A DNA stretch of 43,340 bases from Candidatus Sumerlaeia bacterium (GTDB taxonomy: Bacteria > Sumerlaeota > Sumerlaeia > SLMS01). This document shows positions 16,377 to 25,954 of the stretch, piece after piece. The stretch lies in assembly GCA_038208905.1 (NCBI GenBank), contig JBBQYG010000012.1, positions 1 through 43,340 of the forward strand, given 5' to 3'. Position 1 is the first letter of the stretch; each line of letters starts with the position of its first letter. A model generated the notes under the pieces. That model worked only from the letters and a program-made list of their open reading frames with translations, had not been told where the DNA came from and searched no databases. A program made the translations under genes and the position numbers.

Positions 16377-18074
16377 ATGAGATGCTTCCGCTGGTTCCCG
16401 CTGCTTCCAATCGCGTTGCTTTGCCTGGCGGTTGTCGCCGCCGCCCAGCGACCGGGAGTCTCCGAATCCACGTCGGTCTCGCGAAGCAACATCGCGCCGG
16501 GAATTCGCACGGGGCAGATCGCCTTCAGTTCGCAACGCGGCGTGGTGGACGTGCAGACGCTGGAGGTGGACTTCTCCCAGCCGATGGTCTCCGCCGTTCT
16601 GGTGGCCCCGCCCGCGGGGCTCAACGACGACGCCTCGCTGGAGTCGCTGGCGGCGGGCGTTGGCGGGCGCTCCGCGGTTGCGCTCGAATTGCGCGCCACG
16701 CTCGGCGCGATTGGCGCGGTTCCAGCCGGGCTGCGCAGGTCGGGGAAGGATCTCCTCTCCTGGCCCGCCGGCAGCGGCGTGCACCTCGCCCTGCTGCCCG
16801 AGGGCACCATTCGCTATGCCCTTCCGGGCACCCTGCGGGGAAGCGTGGACTTCGACGACGGCACGTCGCTGACGTTGCGCTCGGTGAACGGGGAACTTCC
16901 CGCGCCCGGCGGCGCCGAGGCGTCCGTCTATACAGGAACGCTTCGCGCGAGCGAGGTTCCCGTCATCGGCTGGCCGACCGATCTGATTATTGTGGAGCTC
17001 TATCCCGCCCGCGATGGCGCCGATCCACACGAGCTCTTTACCGACGTGACCGGCGCCGATCGCCGCTTCCGTCCGGTGCGGCTTCTTTCCCGCGACGACC
17101 TGCGACTTCAGGCCAGGCGGGCGGCGTTGGTGCTGGCGCCCCCGGTGGATCCCGCCGTGCTCGAGCGACTCCAGCGCGCCAGTTCCGTCATCACCGTTCC
17201 CTCCGCCACGCAGGATACTCTTCCCGAGGCGATCTTCCCCTGCGGCGAAATCCTGATCCGCGGGGGGAAGCTGGAGCCCGGCGTCGAACCGCGTCGGATC
17301 GTCTTCAATGCGCTGGCCTTCAACCCGGTCACCCGCCGCATGATGGCCGTGGCGCCGTGGGCGGCGCGCAAGCGCGGGTCCGGCGTTCCCATCGAGACGC
17401 TGGCGCCATTCCTTGCCGACGAGGGCTACACGGAACTCGTCGAGCTGCCCGGGCGCGCCAGCATCCTTCTCCCCGACGCCTCCGACAGTCGCGAGCACCG
17501 CCAGGCCGCAACGCTCCCAACGCGCCTCGCCCTCGTCGTCAAGGACTCCCCCGCGATCCTCAGCATACCCAACATCTCCGGCGATCTCTATCGCGTCCGT
17601 GGCATCGTCGTGCAGGGCACGCGGCGCGAGTTTCCCCAGAACCAGCCGGGGGCGCTCCGCGACGAGAAGAGCCTCCCCGACCCCTCGCTCACCCAGTTCT
17701 GGGCGATCCCTTTCGATGCCGCCTTTGGATCGAATCAGAACAATCCCAACGCGATTCGCCTTCTGATGCCGCGCCCGATGCCCGTGGCCGCCATCGAGCT
17801 GGCCCACGCGGAGGAGTGCGGATTCTCCCCCGCCTTCGACCTAAAGGGCTACCGCCTGCTCGGCAAGGAAAAGCGCGACGGCCCCTGGCTCCTGCTCCTC
17901 GACGTCACCCACGCCCAACCAGTCCGCCGCGAACGCATCGCCATCCCCGGGGCCCCCCGCCTCACCGAAATGCGGTTGGAAGTCACTGCCCCCTCCTTCC
18001 TGCCCGGCGGCAATGTGGCCCGGCTGGCGGAGTTGTTTGTGTGGAGCACGGAGAAGGAAGTCGAACGGCGGTGA
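16377..18074 (+). CDS. Secreted protein, possibly a degenerate phosphodiester-glycosidase (NAGPA)-like domain plus a C-terminal discoidin-like domain
   Basis: Signal peptide. IAPGI..VQTLEVDFSQP and LRSVNG..VYT segments; C-terminal YRLLG..W..LLDV..RLEVT..ARLAELFVW is discoidin-like. Confidence 0.55.
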   Translation: MRCFRWFPLLPIALLCLAVVAAAQRPGVSESTSVSRSNIAPGIRTGQIAFSSQRGVVDVQTLEVDFSQPMVSAVLVAPPAGLNDDASLESLAAGVGGRSAVALELRATLGAIGAVPAGLRRSGKDLLSWPAGSGVHLALLPEGTIRYALPGTLRGSVDFDDGTSLTLRSVNGELPAPGGAEASVYTGTLRASEVPVIGWPTDLIIVELYPARDGADPHELFTDVTGADRRFRPVRLLSRDDLRLQARRAALVLAPPVDPAVLERLQRASSVITVPSATQDTLPEAIFPCGEILIRGGKLEPGVEPRRIVFNALAFNPVTRRMMAVAPWAARKRGSGVPIETLAPFLADEGYTELVELPGRASILLPDASDSREHRQAATLPTRLALVVKDSPAILSIPNISGDLYRVRGIVVQGTRREFPQNQPGALRDEKSLPDPSLTQFWAIPFDAAFGSNQNNPNAIRLLMPRPMPVAAIELAHAEECGFSPAFDLKGYRLLGKEKRDGPWLLLLDVTHAQPVRRERIAIPGAPRLTEMRLEVTAPSFLPGGNVARLAELFVWSTEKEVERR

Positions 18075-18081
18075 CCTGATC

Positions 18082-18921
18082 ATGTCACTCACCCCGATTA
18101 TTCTGGGCATCGATTTCACCAGCGCCCCCGGCCCGCGCAAGGCGATCGCGGTGGCGCGGTGTTGCATTGCTGGCGGGACGATGCGGGTGGGAGATATCTG
18201 CATGCTCCGGGATTTTGCAGCGCTGGAGGCATTGCTGCGGGAGCCGGGACCGTGGGTGGCGGGCTGCGATTTTCCCTTCGGGTTGCCGCGTTCTTTCTTG
18301 GAGGCGGCGGGCTGGCCACTCGATTGGGCGGCGATGGTGTGCCATGTGGAAGTGATTGGCAAGCAAGCCTTCGAGTACGCAATTCGCGACTATGCAGCAA
18401 GGCAGGAACCCGGGCGGAAGGAGCCACTGAGGGCGACAGACCGGTTGGCCGATTCGCGAAGCCCCCTGAAGCTGGTCAACCCGCCCGTCGCCAAGATGTT
18501 CCGCGAAGGCGCCCATCGCCTGCTGAACGCGGGCGTTTCCATCCTTCCCTGTCATCGCGTGGACGGCGAAAGTCGCATCGCGGTGGAGTCCTATCCCGCC
18601 CTCGCCGCGCGCCACTGGGTCGGGCGCTCCTCCTACAAGTCCGACGATCCGCGAAAGCAGACCTCTGACCGGCGCGCGGCCCGCGCCGCCATCGTTGAGG
18701 GAATCACCAACCAAAGCGCCGCGGAATCCCACGGCGCCTCGGTGGAGCTGAGTTGTTCCCAGCAAAGCACGCTGATCGACGACGGCTCCGGCGATCGGCT
18801 CGACGCGGTGCTCTGTGCCCTGCAGGCCGCAGGGTGCTGGCTTCGCAACAAGGACGGCCTTGGGATCCCGGCGAACGCAGATCGCTTGGAGGGTTGGATC
18901 GCCACTCTCCCGCCTGTCTGA
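18082..18921 (+). CDS. DUF429 domain protein (predicted RNase H-fold nuclease)
   Basis: ILGIDFTSAP..RKAI, VAGCDFPFGLP, R.TD, VESYPA, SYKSD, DGSGDRLDAVLC, EGWI. Confidence 0.85.
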   Translation: MSLTPIILGIDFTSAPGPRKAIAVARCCIAGGTMRVGDICMLRDFAALEALLREPGPWVAGCDFPFGLPRSFLEAAGWPLDWAAMVCHVEVIGKQAFEYAIRDYAARQEPGRKEPLRATDRLADSRSPLKLVNPPVAKMFREGAHRLLNAGVSILPCHRVDGESRIAVESYPALAARHWVGRSSYKSDDPRKQTSDRRAARAAIVEGITNQSAAESHGASVELSCSQQSTLIDDGSGDRLDAVLCALQAAGCWLRNKDGLGIPANADRLEGWIATLPPV

Positions 18922-19279
18922 TTTTTTTGATGCTACAAAGCCCGTTCGCTTCCTTTCCGCACACGCCTTGATCAAGGATTCGGACCGCCAAAACGGACCA
19001 ACGAATCCCATGCGCCTCGACTGCATTCTCCAACACACACCCAACCCGCCGCGCCACAGTTGCATGGGCATCCTGCCCCTGCATGGTCAACGCACGGTAC
19101 TCAGCCTGTTATCGGGCCTGCGGGTGCACGGGAGAGGCGCGCATGCCACAGTGCGATGCGCGCCGCGCGACCTGAGACCGAGACCTTCCCAAGGAGTGCC
19201 CTGACCGCGCAGCGGTTGTTCCGCCGTTCCCGCAGTTCCCCTCCTTCCCCCTCTCCCCTCCCGAAAGGTCTCCCCTATC

Positions 19280-21409
19280 ATGGCCACCGCCACCAAGCCC
19301 CGCAAGTCCACCAAGCCCGCCGCAAAGACCGGGCATCGCTTCCTGATGTGCCCGCCGGATTTCTTTAGCGTGGAGTATGTCATCAACCCCTGGATGGAGG
19401 GGAACGTCGCCCGGTCGGCCAATGCCAGCGCCCGCAAGCAGTGGAAGGCCCTGCACGAGGCGATCGCGGCCCGCGCCAACGTGGAAACCATCACCCCCCA
19501 GCGCGGCATCCCCGACCTGGTTTTCACGGCCAACGCAGCCTTGGTGTTGGGCAACACGGCGATCATCTCGCACTTTCGCCATGCGGAGCGCCAGCGCGAG
19601 GAGCCGTTCTTCAAGGAGTGGTTTGAGAAGCATGGCTTCGAGACCATCGAGATGCCGCGCGGAATGTTCTTCGAGGGCGCGGGCGACGCGCTCTTCGTGC
19701 GCGAGAACGGGCCCCTGTTCCTTGGCTATGGCTGGCGCACCGTGCTGGACGCGGCGGGGCTCGTGGCAGAGCGACTGGGCGTGGAGGTCGTCCCGCTCCG
19801 CCTTGTGGATGAGCGCTTCTACCATCTGGACACGTGCTTCTGTCCGCTCACGGGCGGGCGTCTGATCTACTTCCCCGCCGCTTTTGACGAGCGCTCGGTC
19901 CGACTGATCGAGAGCCACGTTCCCGCCGCTAGGCGCCACGCCGTTTCCGAGAAGGACGCCTTGGCGTTTGCCTGCAACGCGGTGGATACGGGGAGCGCGG
20001 TGGTCCTCAACTCCGCCACGCCGGAGTTGGAGAAAGTGCTGCGCGGATGGGGCTTTGACGTGGTGCAGACGCCGCTCGATCAGTTCATGTTGGCGGGGGG
20101 CTCTGCCAAGTGCCTAACCTTGAGACTCAACGAGGAGCTACCCGCGGCTAAGCGCAGCAGTGGCAGTGTTGCGCCGATCACTTCACGCATTGTGGAGTTC
20201 AGCGGCCATATCATCGACGATGGCACGCTGCCACGGGTGATGGACCTGATCCCGGCGAGCGGCGGGACGTTCCACGTGCTGCATTTCAACCCGGGCCTCC
20301 GCAAGGACGACCCCACCCAGATCGCGATGGAGGTGAAGGCCACCAGCGCGGCGCATCTCGATTCGATCCTGCTCCAGCTCCTCGCGCTTGGCGGCCAGCA
20401 GCGCGTGGACGAGGAGACCGCCGCGCGCCTTGAATCCGTGACCAAGGCCGGTGTCGCGCCGGAGACGTTCTACAGCACCACGATCTATCCGACCGATGTG
20501 TTCTTCGGCGGCAAGTGGCTCCGCGTGAAACGCCAGCGCATGGACGCCGCGGTGGTCCTCGACGCGAAGGTCAATCCGCCGACCGCGACGTGCCGCCTGA
20601 TCCGCGATCTCAAGCGCGGGGAGAAGGTCGTCACCGGTAGCGAGGGCATCCGCATCCACGTGAAGAAGGACAACCACGAGGACGCGGGCGAGTTCAAGTT
20701 CATGGGCTCGCCCGTTAGCAGCGAGCGCCACGTGGAAGCCGTGGTCGATCTGCTAGCGTGGGACATGAAGCGCATCCGCGACCGCGGCGGCCGCATCGTC
20801 TGGGTGGCGGGTCCCGTGGTGATCCACACCGGCGGCGGACCCCACTTCGCGCGCCTCGTGCGGAGTGGCTATGTCAGCGCGCTTCTGGGCGGAAACGCCA
20901 TCGCCGTGCACGATCTGGAGTATGCCATCTATGGCACGTCGCTCGGCGTGGACCTTCGCCGCGCGGTCCCCGTGGGCGGAGGCCACCGGCACCACATCAA
21001 CGTCATCAACATGGTCCGCGGCTGCGGAAGCATCGCCAAGGCCGTGGAGAGCGGCCTGATCAAGTCGGGCCTGTTCCACGACATCGTGAAGGCCAAGGTT
21101 CCCTTCAGCCTGGCGGGCTCGATCCGCGACGACGGCCCGCTCCCCGACACGGAGATGGACCTGCTCAAGGCCCAGGCCGAGTACTCCCGCCTGCTCGTGG
21201 GCGCCGACATGATCATCATGCTCTCCTCCATGCTCCACAGCATCGGCGTCGGCAACATGACGCCCGCGGGAGTGCGGATGATCTGTGTGGATATCAACCC
21301 CGCCATGGCCGCCAAGCTCGCGGACCGTGGCAGCACCGACGCCACGTCGATCGTGACCGACGTTGGGCTGTTCCTGAACATCCTGGCGAGGAAGCTGGCG
21401 GAGGAGTAG
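19280..21409 (+). CDS. argZ: Bifunctional arginine dihydrolase / ornithine cyclodeaminase (ArgZ/AgrE, TIGR00300 fusion)
   Basis: Amidinotransferase domain (LMCPP..YVINPWM, PDLVFTAN, FEGAGD, YHLDTCFCPL, GGSAKCLTL) fused to a LOR/SDH-type region (FYSTT, RMDA, FMGSPVSSER, GPVVIHTGG, LAGSIRDDGPLPDT). 709 aa. Confidence 0.88.
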   Translation: MATATKPRKSTKPAAKTGHRFLMCPPDFFSVEYVINPWMEGNVARSANASARKQWKALHEAIAARANVETITPQRGIPDLVFTANAALVLGNTAIISHFRHAERQREEPFFKEWFEKHGFETIEMPRGMFFEGAGDALFVRENGPLFLGYGWRTVLDAAGLVAERLGVEVVPLRLVDERFYHLDTCFCPLTGGRLIYFPAAFDERSVRLIESHVPAARRHAVSEKDALAFACNAVDTGSAVVLNSATPELEKVLRGWGFDVVQTPLDQFMLAGGSAKCLTLRLNEELPAAKRSSGSVAPITSRIVEFSGHIIDDGTLPRVMDLIPASGGTFHVLHFNPGLRKDDPTQIAMEVKATSAAHLDSILLQLLALGGQQRVDEETAARLESVTKAGVAPETFYSTTIYPTDVFFGGKWLRVKRQRMDAAVVLDAKVNPPTATCRLIRDLKRGEKVVTGSEGIRIHVKKDNHEDAGEFKFMGSPVSSERHVEAVVDLLAWDMKRIRDRGGRIVWVAGPVVIHTGGGPHFARLVRSGYVSALLGGNAIAVHDLEYAIYGTSLGVDLRRAVPVGGGHRHHINVINMVRGCGSIAKAVESGLIKSGLFHDIVKAKVPFSLAGSIRDDGPLPDTEMDLLKAQAEYSRLLVGADMIIMLSSMLHSIGVGNMTPAGVRMICVDINPAMAAKLADRGSTDATSIVTDVGLFLNILARKLAEE

Positions 21410-21430
21410 GAAAACGGAAGGCCGTCCCGA

Positions 21431-21504
21431 GGGACGAAATGGACACGGTGGACGGCATGGACATCGATAATGTCCATTTCGTCCATGCAGTCCATTTGGT
21501 CAAT
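21431..21504. repeat. Inverted pair of 9-nt tandem repeats (TGGACnnnn / nnnnGTCCA)
   Basis: GGGACGAAA TGGACACGG TGGACGGCA TGGACATCG ... TGTCCATTT CGTCCATGC AGTCCATTT GGTCAAT. Confidence 0.7.
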
Positions 21505-21549
21505 CGAGGTGCGCTTGCCGCAGCAATCCTGAAAATCCCTGAACGCAGT

Positions 21550-21577
21550 GAAGCGCCCCGTGTGGGCGGGGCGCTTC
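21550..21577. terminator. Hairpin between convergent genes
   Basis: GAAGCGCCCCG-TGTGGG-CGGGGCGCTTC; no clear U-tract. Confidence 0.5.
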
Positions 21578-21653
21578 GGGCTTCTCTGCCCGACACACCT
21601 GAGCAGGGGGGATCCGTGCCGGAGGGAGGGAAGGTAGGTAAGTATATGGACAA

Positions 21654-22904
21654 TTAGAGCGAAATGACACCCGGGAAGTCGAATTTTTTCCCGAGGGCCA
21701 AGGCCGGATCGGTGGCGAACCACTTGGAGAGCACCTCCGAATAGACCCCGCGGAAGTCCACGGTGTGCTTGAGGTCGCCTTCGTCCAGGTCCGTGAGGCT
21801 TGGGTAGGCGCCGTGGACGCCGGGCTTTATACCCGCACCCGCCAGGAACATCGGCCCGGCGGTTCCGTGGTCGGTGCCGCGGCTGGCGTTCTCGGTGACG
21901 CGACGGCCAAACTCCGAGAAGGCGACGACCATGACGCGGTCCTCCGCGCCGATCTTCTTGAGGTCGGCGAGGAACGCGGTGAGCGCGCCGCTGAACTCGC
22001 CGAGCAGGCGACCATGACCGTTGAGCTGGTTGGCGTGGGTGTCGAACCCGCTGATCGAGGTGTAGTAGATCCGCGTGGGAAGCCCGCCGGCGATGAGCGT
22101 GGCGATGGACTTGAGCTGGGTGCCAAGGCGCCCGCCGGGATAGGTGACGGGATCGCGCTTGGTGGCGGCGGCCTTGATCACGCGGTCGGAGCTGATGACG
22201 GCGTTGGCCGCGGTGTGGCGCAGGAAGTCGATGGTCTCGCCCTCCGAATCATGCTTGTGGGAGACCATGTTGATCGTGTCGAGGGAGGGTCGAAGCGCGC
22301 CCTTGTTGCCGTCGAACCATGCGAAGCGACTGGCTTCGGTGAAGCTGACGCCGACGCCCTTCTTGCCGAGGAACGCCTGGGGGAGTTCGCTCCCGACGTT
22401 GACGCCCGCGACCGGGTCGCTGCCGGAGCAGCAGTTGTCGAAGTAGCGGCCCACCCACCCCTCGCGCGAGTAGCGGTTGGAATCCACGGCGGTCTGCCAG
22501 ATTTCCATCGAGCGGAAGTGGGACCGGTTGGGGTTGGGATACCCGACGCCGTTCACGATGCCGAGGCCACCGCTGTCATACAGGTCCTTGAGCGCCGACA
22601 TCTCTCCGTTCATCGCGACATTGTCGTCGATGCGCAGGAGGGTTTTCTTATCCAGCGCGATGTTCTTGCGCGCCTTGAAGTAGTCGTCGTTGCCGTGGGG
22701 CACGATGGTGTTGAGGCCATCGTTGCCGCCGCCGAGCTGGACCACCACCAGAATGCGGTCGTCCTTGAAGCCCGGGATCACGCCCCGCGCCGCGCTGGCC
22801 GAAACCGTATCGGTCAGGAACGCCGGCAACGACGCGCCAAGGGTCGCGATCAGCGTCCCCTGCATGAACTCTCGCCGGGTGAAGATGTATTTTGCGTCGC
22901 GCAT
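21654..22904 (-). CDS. DUF1501 domain protein with Tat signal
   Basis: TRREFM Tat motif, LVVVQLGGGNDGLNT, GVGYPNPNRSHFRS, GFDTHANQ, FSEFGRRV.ENAS.GTDHG, DFRGVY. Confidence 0.92.
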   Translation of the reverse strand: MRDAKYIFTRREFMQGTLIATLGASLPAFLTDTVSASAARGVIPGFKDDRILVVVQLGGGNDGLNTIVPHGNDDYFKARKNIALDKKTLLRIDDNVAMNGEMSALKDLYDSGGLGIVNGVGYPNPNRSHFRSMEIWQTAVDSNRYSREGWVGRYFDNCCSGSDPVAGVNVGSELPQAFLGKKGVGVSFTEASRFAWFDGNKGALRPSLDTINMVSHKHDSEGETIDFLRHTAANAVISSDRVIKAAATKRDPVTYPGGRLGTQLKSIATLIAGGLPTRIYYTSISGFDTHANQLNGHGRLLGEFSGALTAFLADLKKIGAEDRVMVVAFSEFGRRVTENASRGTDHGTAGPMFLAGAGIKPGVHGAYPSLTDLDEGDLKHTVDFRGVYSEVLSKWFATDPALALGKKFDFPGVISL

Positions 22905-22934
22905 GGGAGGAGCCTTTTGGGGAATAGGGAATGG

Positions 22935-23046
22935 CGAACGGCGGGAAAAACGGGAAAGGCGGAAAAGGCGGTTGGGGGAGGGTGACTTAGCGCGGAGTCG
23001 ATTCCAGACCGCCGTCTCCGCTTTTCCCGTCGTTACCGCCGTTCCC
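22935..23046. repeat. Inverted pair of 9-nt tandem repeats
   Basis: GCGGGAAAA ACGGGAAAG GCGGAAAAG ... GTCTCCGCT TTTCCCGTC GTTACCGCC GTTCCC. Confidence 0.65.
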
Positions 23047-24588
23047 CTAGCACAACTGATATTCCGGCGTCGAAAGCAGCAGATGAAGCGCACTGGCGGC
23101 ACGGGTGTTGTCGTAGCTGGCGGCGGTAAGGACGGCGTTGGTGTCGGGTCCGCCCATGAGGACTTGGGCGACGGAGGCGCGCTGGGTGGGGGTGATGGGG
23201 CGCCCGAGGAAGGTCCACGCCAGAGAATCGACGACTTGCGTGGCGGTTTTTCCCTGAAGCGGGCGATAGTGGGCGATGACGTCGGCGGGGCGGGGGTTGC
23301 GCTTCGCGGCGACACGCGCGCGGCGTTCGGCGGGAGCTTCCTCGCCCTCGGCCATTTCGCGCGCGGGGGCGACCTCGTCCAGCGCGAGGGTGCGGCCCTG
23401 GGGCGGGCGCTCCCCGACGAGTATATACGCGGGGATGTTGTAGCGCAGCAGCAGCGTGTTGGTGTTGATCCACGCGCGGTTGCCGGGCCAGCCCTTGACA
23501 TTGGGCGGATAGAAGAGGTCCTGGCCGAGCCCGCGCATCGCGAGGCTCACGAGTTCGGCGCGCGGTACCCCGTAGCCGAGCTGGCCCGCGAGCATCACGA
23601 TGTACTGGGCGGGGGATTTGATCTGACCCTGCATCGCGCGCGTGGAGTAGAATTCCCGCGAGAGGAAGATCGCCCGCAGGAGCGGCTTGAGTTCGTAGTT
23701 GGCGCCGCGGAATACGGCGGCGAGTTCCGTCACCAGCTCGTCGCTCGGATTCTCGTAGGCGAAGTACTGCCAGATCTTGCGGGAGATGAACCGCGCCGTC
23801 TCGGGCTGCTCGAAGATAATGTCCACAACGTCCTTGCCGTCGAACTCGCCGGTGCGGCCAAGGAACGTCTTGCTGCCGAAATCGTGGTTCTTCTCGTCGA
23901 AGTAGAACTCGCCGCCGCGCTCGGTGAAGCCGCTGAAGGCGCGGGCGGCCTCCTTGATGTCGGCCTCGGTGTAGTTGCCGATTCCCATCGTGAAGAGTTC
24001 CATCAGCTCGCGCGCCCAGTTCTCGTTGGGGCTGCCCTTGCGGTTGGACTTGTTGTCGAGATACTCGAGCATCGCCGGGGTCTTGCCGACGGCGAAGACA
24101 AGCTCGCGGAAGTTGCCGGTGGCGTGGGTGCGGAAGACCGTGTTCAGCTGCAGGTTGTGGATGGGCTGCTTGATCTCCTGGGCCGACGTGGCGAAGTGCC
24201 CGTGCCAGAAGAGCGCCATCTTCTCCTGAAGGGGTCGTGTGGTGTTGACCATCGCGCCGATCCACCAGCCCTTGAGCTTCTCGATTTCCTGGCGCTGCTG
24301 GCGCTGGATTTCGTTGTTGGCGCGCTGGCGCTCCTCGGGCGTGAGCCCCGCGAGCGCCCTGCGCTTCTCCCCATATTCGGCAAGCGACGTCACGAAGTCG
24401 GTCGCCTCCAGATTGTCGTCGAAGTGCTCATACTCGACGAGCGCTCCCACGCACTGGGTGGGCCCCGCGCTGACCATCTCGTCCACCTTGGACAGCGGCA
24501 CGCCGAACCCCGCGCGGTTCAGCAGGTGGCGGGCGGCAACCTGATTCCAGGAAAAGCCCTTGTCGGTGGGCGCTAGAAATGTGGACAC
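23047..24588 (-). CDS. DUF1800 domain protein
   Basis: ARHLLNRAGFG, LQEKMALFWHGHFATS, PAMLEYLD, PNENWARELMELFTMG, YTEADIKEAARAFSG, PPNVKGW, PEYQLC. Start uncertain (GTG 24588 or TTG 24639). Confidence 0.92.
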   Translation of the reverse strand: MSTFLAPTDKGFSWNQVAARHLLNRAGFGVPLSKVDEMVSAGPTQCVGALVEYEHFDDNLEATDFVTSLAEYGEKRRALAGLTPEERQRANNEIQRQQRQEIEKLKGWWIGAMVNTTRPLQEKMALFWHGHFATSAQEIKQPIHNLQLNTVFRTHATGNFRELVFAVGKTPAMLEYLDNKSNRKGSPNENWARELMELFTMGIGNYTEADIKEAARAFSGFTERGGEFYFDEKNHDFGSKTFLGRTGEFDGKDVVDIIFEQPETARFISRKIWQYFAYENPSDELVTELAAVFRGANYELKPLLRAIFLSREFYSTRAMQGQIKSPAQYIVMLAGQLGYGVPRAELVSLAMRGLGQDLFYPPNVKGWPGNRAWINTNTLLLRYNIPAYILVGERPPQGRTLALDEVAPAREMAEGEEAPAERRARVAAKRNPRPADVIAHYRPLQGKTATQVVDSLAWTFLGRPITPTQRASVAQVLMGGPDTNAVLTAASYDNTRAASALHLLLSTPEYQLC

Positions 24589-24812
24589 GGGCAAAGCCCT
24601 CCTGCCGGGTTGGATGATCGCTGGGAACAGAGGGAGCAATTGCCTTACCCGATCCGCCGTCCCGGCGCACTTACTCAGGATGCACCGTTATCACTTGGAA
24701 ATAAAGGAGATAGTTGCGGACGCCGGCGCGATGAGACTGCGAAGGGCACAAGGGGGGCGTTCAATATGGTACGGCGTTGTTCGATCGGGGGGAATGGTGC
24801 GGGCCGCACCCG

Positions 24813-25316
24813 CTAGATGATGTTGGCCGTTGTCAGGAATTGCGTCAGCGTGTTGTAGGCGATGCCGGGTGACACGGCGGCGGGCTTTCGGCCCGGGAGT
24901 CGCCCGAGGGCGACCCAGTTCCGATACTTGCGAATCGCGTCCACATCGTTGATCAATGCCGGTGGCACGGGGGGCTTGAAGATGCCCGCGAGCCCCTGCA
25001 GCGGAGCGGATTCGATCTCGCGGGCGATCCACTCTTCGATTTTCGCCTGATAGATCCCCGGGGCTATGCTGGCCTGCGACTTCAGGTACTCCTTCAGCCG
25101 GGCTTCGAATGTGGCTGTCATCGCGAGAACGAAAAGGTCCTCAAGTTCCGTCCGGGCCAGATCGATCAAATGATCGGCGAACGATGCGTCCGGCGGATGG
25201 AACTGCGTTCCGGTGACGGGAGTTGCGAGCTTGCCAATGGCGCATGCCCGAGCGATGTGAAAGGAATCCTCTGCGATTGCCAGCGCATCGTTGAGGGGCG
25301 TGAGCGGATTGCTCAT
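24813..25316 (-). CDS. HEPN-like protein with RNWVAL instead of RxxxxH
   Basis: Helical protein with VLAMTATFEARL and IRKYRNWVALGR. ATG overlaps the upstream stop. Confidence 0.6.
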   Translation of the reverse strand: MSNPLTPLNDALAIAEDSFHIARACAIGKLATPVTGTQFHPPDASFADHLIDLARTELEDLFVLAMTATFEARLKEYLKSQASIAPGIYQAKIEEWIAREIESAPLQGLAGIFKPPVPPALINDVDAIRKYRNWVALGRLPGRKPAAVSPGIAYNTLTQFLTTANII

Positions 25317-25828
25317 CGACCCAGCACCTCGACGATTCGCCGCATCAGGTCGTCGTTCACCGTCGGGAACAGCCCCATGAGGCGGTTCTGGACCCATACC
25401 CATCCATCGGCTGTCTCGCGGCGCGCTCCTCCAGTTCGCGCCGTGCCTCGCGCGCTGGCGATCTGGACAGTCATCGCGGGTTCGCCATCCGCCAGAAAGA
25501 CCAATGTCTCCCGGCCCGCGAGGCTCTCGACATCGATCTTCCCCTCGGCGCCAACCACGAAGCAGCCCGCCGGGCGAAGGCGGACCGGCCGCTTCAGTCC
25601 CGGCAATTCAATGTCTAGCGCATCGATCGTATAGACGCCGATGGGCAGCTCGTTGACTTCCACTTCGACTCTTCTCGTGGTCGCCTTTGGGGACCATTCG
25701 TTGGCCCAGGCCTCTGCGGTCTTGTAGAGATCCTCCACCCTCGAACGATACTTGGCAAGTTTCGACTGGGGCGACCCTTGCCCGCCGGAACGCGGTGGGG
25801 GCTTCATTGCCGTCGCCTTCTTCGTCAT
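25313..25828 (-). CDS. Hypothetical protein, upstream partner of the HEPN-like gene
   Basis: RVEDLY...W...VNELPIGVY..DALDI..VRLRPAG..VGAEGKIDV. AAGGAG RBS near 25843; ATGA coupling to the next gene. Confidence 0.7.
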   Translation of the reverse strand: MTKKATAMKPPPRSGGQGSPQSKLAKYRSRVEDLYKTAEAWANEWSPKATTRRVEVEVNELPIGVYTIDALDIELPGLKRPVRLRPAGCFVVGAEGKIDVESLAGRETLVFLADGEPAMTVQIASARGTARTGGARRETADGWVWVQNRLMGLFPTVNDDLMRRIVEVLGR

Positions 25829-25954
25829 GGAAATCACTCCTTCGTTCGTGGTCGCGGATTGCCGGGCTGGTTCTCTGGCCTGCCACCATTGCCACTATCG
25901 AGGGGCCGACGAATCCCGATCAAGCGGAAACCGGAGGAACCCCACCCACCCGGG

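Noticed and set aside
16377-18074. Fourth carrier of the C-terminal W motif
   Set aside because: Ends LFVWSTEKEVERR; the Trp belongs to the last domain strand and the [LM][YF]-stop pattern is absent.
19010-19200. Small ORF or RAYT remnant upstream of argZ
   Set aside because: Only a weak degenerate REP-like pair; no convincing coding signal.
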